Source: Candidatus Kaiserbacteria bacterium RIFOXYB1_FULL_46_14 (GTDB lineage Bacteria > Patescibacteriota > Minisyncoccia > Phycocordibacterales > UBA918). Taken from it: a DNA stretch of 64,000 nucleotides. The stretch's first letter is position 1. Each line of letters opens with the position of its first letter. The stretch lies in the NCBI GenBank assembly GCA_001783525.1, contig MFMS01000004.1, positions 28,741 through 92,740 of the forward strand. The letters run 5' to 3'. The notes below the pieces were generated by a model. That model did no database searches, was not told the origin of the DNA, and was given only the letters and a program-made list of their open reading frames with translations. Made by a program: the position numbers and the translations under genes. Positions 58,367 to 64,000 of the stretch are shown piece after piece.

Positions 58367-60043
58367 TCTCGTAAGTTTTTGGCGAGTAAGGGCCTGCGCG
58401 GCATTCATTGAGTGTTGGTAGTAAAGGGCTTTCACACCCTTCTTCCAAGCTGTAAGGTATAGTTGGTTTATATCTTTAGGTGAGACTCCTGGCGGCACCA
58501 TGATGTTGAGAGACTGACCTTGATCAATATAGCGTTGACGCACGGCTGCCTGCTCGATAATGACAGCCTGATCCATCTCTGGGAAAGTTCGAAAAACCTT
58601 TTTCTCGTCATCATTTAGAAAATCGAGGTGTTGAACTGACCCGTCATGGTCACGAATCGAACTCCATATCTCCTTGGTATTCTTGTCCTTTTCTACCAAA
58701 ACCTCTTCAAGGAAAGGATTTTTGATAGTCACCTTGAGCTTAGCCACATCCTTCACATAAGCGTTACTCCAGACTGGCTCGATCGATTGCGATACCTGTC
58801 CCAAAATAAAGGCCGAGGAAGTAGTGGGAGCGATTGCAAAGATGGTTGTATTGCGTCGGCCGTAGCCCTTCAATACTTCTGGCTCACCAAATTCTTTGGC
58901 AAGCTCCTTTGAAGCGGCTTCGCCTTTTTCTTTTAGACCTTTCCAAATATCCTCGTTCATCTTGCTTGCTTCGTCACTCTCAAGCGCAATTCGTTTAGAC
59001 TGCAAGTAGGAATGCCAGCCGAGTACACCCAAGCCGAGCGCCCGGTGATTCTTGGCAAAGTTATAGGTACGCTCCATAAACTGGAAAGCTTGATTGTCGG
59101 AATGCTTGTCGGAATCACGCAAGGTCTCTAGACGGGTGCAGAAATCACTAATCACCGCATCAAGTAAAGAAACCATTGTCTCAACCAGATCAGTGTCCTT
59201 CCATTCTTCATAATGAAGCAGGTTGATTGAGGACAAACAACAGACAAAGGAGTTCTGTTCGTCCGAAGGGAGCATAATTTCCGAGCAAAGATTGGACGCA
59301 ACGATCTTCATATCCTTATCTTTGTACACGTCTGGTTTGTTGTTGTTAGCATTGTCCGTAAAGAGAATATACGGGTAACCGATCTCACCGCGGCGCTGGA
59401 TAACCTTAGCCCAGATTTTTCGCTTCTCCTCATCCCCGTCAACCATCGATTTCATCCATTCGTCCCCTACCGTAACGGCGTGCGTCATGTTTTGTATCGG
59501 GTTGCCCTCAGTGCCGATGTCGAGAAACTCCATTACGTCCGGATGTTCGAGTGGTAGATATGGTGAGAAGGAGCCGCGGCGTACCTTGCCCTGCGAAACC
59601 ACATGAATCAATGTCTCAAACATCTGCATGAAGTGCACTGGGCCGTTTGAGGAACCGTTATTTTTGATTTCCGCGCCACGGGCCCGAAGTGCGCCGAAGT
59701 AGCCGGAAGTACCACCGCCATACTTAGACATCATTCCATTCTCGGCGTGGGTGTACATTATGCTCGACATATCATCGGCAATGTACGAGCCAAAACAACT
59801 GATCGGAAAACCGCGACCGAGTCCAAAGTTCGCCCAGACTGGAGTTGAGAAAGATATCCAACCGCGAGAGACGTATTCATAAAGCTTGTCGGCATAACCA
59901 GGCCGTTTCAAAATACTTTCTGCAGTTTCTGCAATCTGCCGCACGCGATCCTCTGGTGTCTGTCCTTCGAGGGTATAACCGCGCGACATAAACTGCCGCG
60001 AACTTTCGTTAAGCCAGTACCAAGGTTGCTTCCTGTCGATCAT
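58364..60043 (-). CDS. nrdA: Class I ribonucleotide reductase alpha subunit (no ATP-cone, no C-terminal Cys pair)
   Basis: PISCF, SNLCSEI, FVCCLSS, APTTSS, LYYQ. Confidence 0.95.
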   Translation of the reverse strand: MIDRKQPWYWLNESSRQFMSRGYTLEGQTPEDRVRQIAETAESILKRPGYADKLYEYVSRGWISFSTPVWANFGLGRGFPISCFGSYIADDMSSIMYTHAENGMMSKYGGGTSGYFGALRARGAEIKNNGSSNGPVHFMQMFETLIHVVSQGKVRRGSFSPYLPLEHPDVMEFLDIGTEGNPIQNMTHAVTVGDEWMKSMVDGDEEKRKIWAKVIQRRGEIGYPYILFTDNANNNKPDVYKDKDMKIVASNLCSEIMLPSDEQNSFVCCLSSINLLHYEEWKDTDLVETMVSLLDAVISDFCTRLETLRDSDKHSDNQAFQFMERTYNFAKNHRALGLGVLGWHSYLQSKRIALESDEASKMNEDIWKGLKEKGEAASKELAKEFGEPEVLKGYGRRNTTIFAIAPTTSSAFILGQVSQSIEPVWSNAYVKDVAKLKVTIKNPFLEEVLVEKDKNTKEIWSSIRDHDGSVQHLDFLNDDEKKVFRTFPEMDQAVIIEQAAVRQRYIDQGQSLNIMVPPGVSPKDINQLYLTAWKKGVKALYYQHSMNAAQALTRQKLTR

Positions 60044-60080
60044 AGAATGGATGAATAGGGATTAGTAAAGGATGTAAATT

Positions 60081-61394
60081 TTAGAACAAGTCGTCCGATG
60101 TAACCGAGCTTTGTCGTTTACTGTAATTGATTGATCGTTTATCGAAGAAATCAACGTGTTTGGTGGCAATTACTTCATCGTTAAACCACTCGGTCTTATC
60201 AAGCAAAGCTTCATCAACTGAGAAGACGGCAGACATTCCGATCGAGCGGAGCGAATTATTGAGACGATGCTTAACAAACTCTTTCACCTGATCTTTCGGC
60301 AAGAAATCTAACTCGCCGGTTTCGAAGATCCAATCAATAATGGCGCTCTCGGCCTGATAGGCCTCAACACACATCATTCGAACTGTCTCGCGATGAGACT
60401 CATCAAACCATTCCGGATGTTCAACACGAATGATGTTGATGAGATCAATGCCAAACATGCCGTGAATCTGCTCTTCTTTGGAGGTGGCCTCTACGGCATT
60501 CGAAATGCCTTTGAAAAGATTCTTGTACTTGTTAAACGACATCATTATGAGGAACTGTGAGAACAAGGACACGTGTTCAATAAAGAGAGAGAACAGCAGG
60601 ACGGCTTGCGAGTACTCCCGCATTTCGCCAGTTTTAGAAAAAGTAATTACCTTTTCTAGATACTCCACACGCTTCTTGATAACTGGTATATCTGTTAGTT
60701 TCTTGAACTCATCATTGAGACCAAGGATGTCCAAAAGATGCGCATAAGCATCCATGTGACGCACTTCAGACTCGGCAAAAGTGAAGCCCACTGCTCCGAT
60801 CTCTGGCTTTGGAATACGTCCATAGATATTGCCCCAGAAGCTCTTCACTGCCACTTCGATCTGAGCAATGGCCAACATCGTTTTTTTGATTGCGTCGCGT
60901 TCATGATCTGCAACACGAGTCTTGAAGTCATCAATATCGCGAGTGAAGTTGAATTCGGTATGAAGCCAGTAAGAATGACGGATGGCGGTCACGTATTCGA
61001 TAAGTTCTGGGTACTCATAAGGCTTCAAGTTGGTGCGCTTTTGGAAAAGATCACGCTGACGAAGTCGCTTACGATCAGCACGGTAGATGATATAGGCCTT
61101 AGCTGTCTCAAAGAAACCTAGTTCCATCACCGCCGCTTCTACTAAGTCTTGTATTTCCTCGACTGTCGGATAACCATCGACACATTTGCCATAGTGATGG
61201 TCGCCAGGTTCAGCAGACATAGCTGCGACACACATCGCCAATATTTTTTCGTTGACCAAAGTAGCAACTTTCGCGGCCTCAGCGGCAGAACCTTCACCGG
61301 TTTCACCAAAGGCCTTGAGTACTGCCGCCTCAATCTTCGCTACCTTGAAATCAACGACCGAACCGTCTCTTTTTCGAATCTGTGTGATCTCCAT
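60081..61394 (-). CDS. nrdB: Class I RNR beta subunit with N-terminal ATP-cone (class Id-like ligands)
   Basis: IRKRDG...VEEIQDLVE...AKAYIIYR cone; QIEVAVK, ESEVRH, EEQIH, DFFDKRSINY. Confidence 0.95.
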   Translation of the reverse strand: MEITQIRKRDGSVVDFKVAKIEAAVLKAFGETGEGSAAEAAKVATLVNEKILAMCVAAMSAEPGDHHYGKCVDGYPTVEEIQDLVEAAVMELGFFETAKAYIIYRADRKRLRQRDLFQKRTNLKPYEYPELIEYVTAIRHSYWLHTEFNFTRDIDDFKTRVADHERDAIKKTMLAIAQIEVAVKSFWGNIYGRIPKPEIGAVGFTFAESEVRHMDAYAHLLDILGLNDEFKKLTDIPVIKKRVEYLEKVITFSKTGEMREYSQAVLLFSLFIEHVSLFSQFLIMMSFNKYKNLFKGISNAVEATSKEEQIHGMFGIDLINIIRVEHPEWFDESHRETVRMMCVEAYQAESAIIDWIFETGELDFLPKDQVKEFVKHRLNNSLRSIGMSAVFSVDEALLDKTEWFNDEVIATKHVDFFDKRSINYSKRQSSVTSDDLF

Positions 61395-61937
61395 AAACAC
61401 AAATTATACTTTGCTGATAAAGAAAACCGCTTAGGAGCGGGCACAAAAAACGATCTCACGCAAAATTGATCGTCGAATCTGCAATCAGTTCTGCAAAAGA
61501 TCAGAAAGGCCTGTGAAACAAGCCTCAATTAAACCTCCAGCGCGATGCTCTCCTCACCTACTACACCAATTATGCCGTTACTTAGGTTTTGCCGTTGTTG
61601 TGGGCATAAAGATCTGATATTTGGTGAAGATAACTAGTATCTTTCCATCAATCCCTATGCGCAAAACCACAGCATAATTGGTATGGGGGCTTGCCGTCGC
61701 GTAAGTACATAATACCACTCTGGAAAAAACACGAATTATGACGCCAACAGTGCCAATATTTAAAAAGTGAGACAAACAAAGGGCGGTTTGGCCTTTGGCC
61801 AAACCGCCCATTATTAGTTATCCACAACCTCCAAATTCGTAATCACTTTCCTGACCAGCGCAACACCAAGGTTTCGTATTTTGACATTAAAACCCGTGCC
61901 CAAAAGCAGGCACGGGTTATTTTACAGTCTTGGCCAA

Positions 61938-62558
61938 TTAACTTTTCGGACTGCTTAGAGGTTTTCTGCCCATCTGTACAGGCGCAGATTTCACGACTGG
62001 CCACTGGGGCACTTCTTCGCCGACCAGGCCCATATATTCGCAAGCCTGATACAGGTGCCAATAGTCCACCCCTTTGGCATAGAATTTGCCTATCTCGTCA
62101 GGAGAAGGGACTGACACTATTCCATCGCTTTGAAAAGCCTGTATCGAGTATTGGATTTCTGCACCTTTCCTTGCCAGGCACTTATTCGTCTGATAAAGAA
62201 TTGTGTGCAAAGACGCACTAGACTGAGTGATACACAACTCCTTCACCAGAAGGTCATGATGCTGCTGGAATTCGTTCCAAACCAACCGTTCTCTGTCATT
62301 CATTGTCATATAAAGTGCAATGGTTATGGCGAGAAGGGCAGATGGAACAAGGACCTGCAGTATCTTCAACGGGGTACCGATAAGATACCCAGTTGATGCC
62401 AGTAATAATGCTGACACGATTAGGCTGACTCCTGGGATATAAACAACAATCATCAGTGTCCAGCGCCAATATTGAACCTTCCGACCAATTTCGAAAGGTG
62501 ATTCCTTGGACGATCGTTTGCATTGCCAAGATTCGCCTAAAGCCTGTACCCGTATCAT
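61938..62558 (-). CDS. Hypothetical membrane protein (SD-led)
   Basis: AGGAGGAG 4 nt before ATG 62558; two TM helices. Confidence 0.7.
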   Translation of the reverse strand: MIRVQALGESWQCKRSSKESPFEIGRKVQYWRWTLMIVVYIPGVSLIVSALLLASTGYLIGTPLKILQVLVPSALLAITIALYMTMNDRERLVWNEFQQHHDLLVKELCITQSSASLHTILYQTNKCLARKGAEIQYSIQAFQSDGIVSVPSPDEIGKFYAKGVDYWHLYQACEYMGLVGEEVPQWPVVKSAPVQMGRKPLSSPKS

Positions 62559-62663
62559 TGAACTCCTCCTTGTTCTATCGCCCACCACGGGCGAACCTGG
62601 GGAAACAATACACCTCCATTCTTGAGCGTCAAGAAAAATTACAAAACCACCAACGACCTAGTC

Positions 62664-63074
62664 TTAACCTTTTCCGGTAAGCGAATCACGTATTTCGCGA
62701 AGCAACTGCACCTCTTCGGTTGGTTCCACTACCTTCTCTGCCTCTGGCTTTTCTTCCTCAGTTTTTTGTAAACGACGCAAGACCTTGATCGCCATAAAAA
62801 TAGAGAAAGCGATGATGACGAAGTCGATGACCGACTGTAAAAATACTCCGTAGGCTATAGTGACGTCTCCGATCTTGGCTGACCAATCACGAAAATCGAT
62901 ACCGCCGAGGAGAACGCCTATGGTAGGCATAATTATATTCTCCACTAGAGACGATACGATCTTGTTGAAAGCGGCGCCAATAATCACGGCCACCGCTAAG
63001 TCGATGACATTGCCTTTAAGCGCGAAGGCCTTGAATTCTTGTAATAAACCTTTGGCTCTTTTTTGGTAACTCAT
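62664..63074 (-). CDS. mscL: Large-conductance mechanosensitive channel
   Basis: [31 protein letters not shown]. Confidence 0.97.
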   Translation of the reverse strand: MSYQKRAKGLLQEFKAFALKGNVIDLAVAVIIGAAFNKIVSSLVENIIMPTIGVLLGGIDFRDWSAKIGDVTIAYGVFLQSVIDFVIIAFSIFMAIKVLRRLQKTEEEKPEAEKVVEPTEEVQLLREIRDSLTGKG

Positions 63075-63091
63075 ATTATTTGATTAGATTT

Positions 63092-64000
63092 TCAATGGTG
63101 ATGGTGATGGTGTCCTTCGTTGTCCGTCTCCAGCACTACCCTGCTCCCAAACCACCAAGCAGCGATAGCGGTTGTGATCGGCACCGCAAGAATCAAGCCG
63201 ATCGAACCGATCAAAATGCGCGTTAACTCCGCCGCAATCACCTCTTGATTTAAGGTGAAATAGAGTGGGGCATTACTGGTACTGAACAAGAGAACCAGTG
63301 GCAGTGCGGCACCGACGTAAGCAAGGGCCAGTGTGTTCACCAAACTACCCACATGATCACGACCAACCCGAAGCGCCCGTTGATATAGTTCAAAAGAACC
63401 TAGACTATTGTTGGCGGCGCGCAATTCACGCACCACAGATGCCTGAGTGATCGATATGTCGTCCAAGACGCCAAGCACACCAATGATAATACTGCCGAGC
63501 AAAAGCCCTGACAGATCAAGTTGGCCGTCGGTAGCAAAATTAAGATAAACCGAAGCATCACTACCATAGCCAGATAGACGTAATCCAGAAACAAAGAGCC
63601 AAGCCAATGCACTAGTAGCAAGCACTGCCAATACCGTACCACCAAAAGCTATCGACGACAGCGCATTAAAACCATGCGTGCCAAAGAGAGCTAGTGCCAA
63701 GATAACTGCTGAAATCAGCAGACTCATCAGTATTGGATCATAGCCGGCCAAAAGAGCCGGCAGGAGAATAAATACGATCCCGATAATACTAAGAAGAAGT
63801 GAACCGAGCGCCCGCAGACCCTGTTTCCCCGCAAACCACAAAAGTAACGCGACAAATAATCCAAACAGGAATAAAAGGCCACTACCACGATCGACATCCT
63901 TGAGGATAAAAATTTCGCGACCGTTGATGTCACGCAAATGACTGAGATATATTCGATCACCATTTTTGAGCATTATCAGATCATTCTCAAAAGTGACAAC
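63092..64000 (-). CDS. YibE/F family membrane protein (5' part outside window)
   Basis: GVLDDISITQ, VGRDHVGSLVNTLALAY, GSIGLILAVP; frame open to the edge. Confidence 0.92.
   Translation of the reverse strand, partial: VVTFENDLIMLKNGDRIYLSHLRDINGREIFILKDVDRGSGLLFLFGLFVALLLWFAGKQGLRALGSLLLSIIGIVFILLPALLAGYDPILMSLLISAVILALALFGTHGFNALSSIAFGGTVLAVLATSALAWLFVSGLRLSGYGSDASVYLNFATDGQLDLSGLLLGSIIIGVLGVLDDISITQASVVRELRAANNSLGSFELYQRALRVGRDHVGSLVNTLALAYVGAALPLVLLFSTSNAPLYFTLNQEVIAAELTRILIGSIGLILAVPITTAIAAWWFGSRVVLETDNEGHHHHHH

Noticed and set aside
61410-61840. NrdR boxes, a riboswitch or a 77-aa ORF upstream of nrdB
   Set aside because: No good tandem NrdR consensus or cobalamin-riboswitch motif; only short hairpins; the ORF starts inside a terminator.

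Overview
A 64-kb chromosomal segment with standard genetic code 11. It is very probably from a Patescibacteria/CPR organism (Parcubacteria-like): rpmD/uL30 is absent from the spc block, RF2 is short, there is a tRNA-Ile(UAU), tRNAs lack encoded CCA, and a type IV pilus + comF cluster is present. It holds housekeeping genes (DEAD-box helicase, ftsEX, prfB, gatCA, ligA, recG, ftsH, smpB, infC-rpmI-rplT, ndk, map, adk, secY-rplO-rpsE-rplR-rplF-rpsH-rpsN, class I RNR nrdAB, mscL), 9 tRNAs, tmRNA, a probable 6S RNA and scattered ORFans. I saw no transposase, integrase, CRISPR or prophage. The most striking signals are non-coding: (1) elements behind tRNA-Asp and tmRNA carry an antisense copy of their own host RNA 3' end, split at the same tRNA position (64/65) by the same 25-nt hairpin; the Asp copy has a target duplication, and related elements follow tRNA-fMet and tRNA-Thr; (2) a near-perfect mimic of the 16S helix-21 uS8-binding site sits in the leader of a stand-alone rpsN-rpsH operon; (3) four diverged ~127-bp fold-back elements each begin at a TAA stop codon; (4) there is a tRNA-Ser with anticodon ACU; (5) core genes look leaderless while ORFans carry strong Shine-Dalgarno sites. 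In addition, NrdA lacks its C-terminal Cys pair, NrdB has an ATP-cone with a Cys/His insert, and rpsE has a frameshifting deletion. All calls come from reading the sequence by eye; no searches were run.
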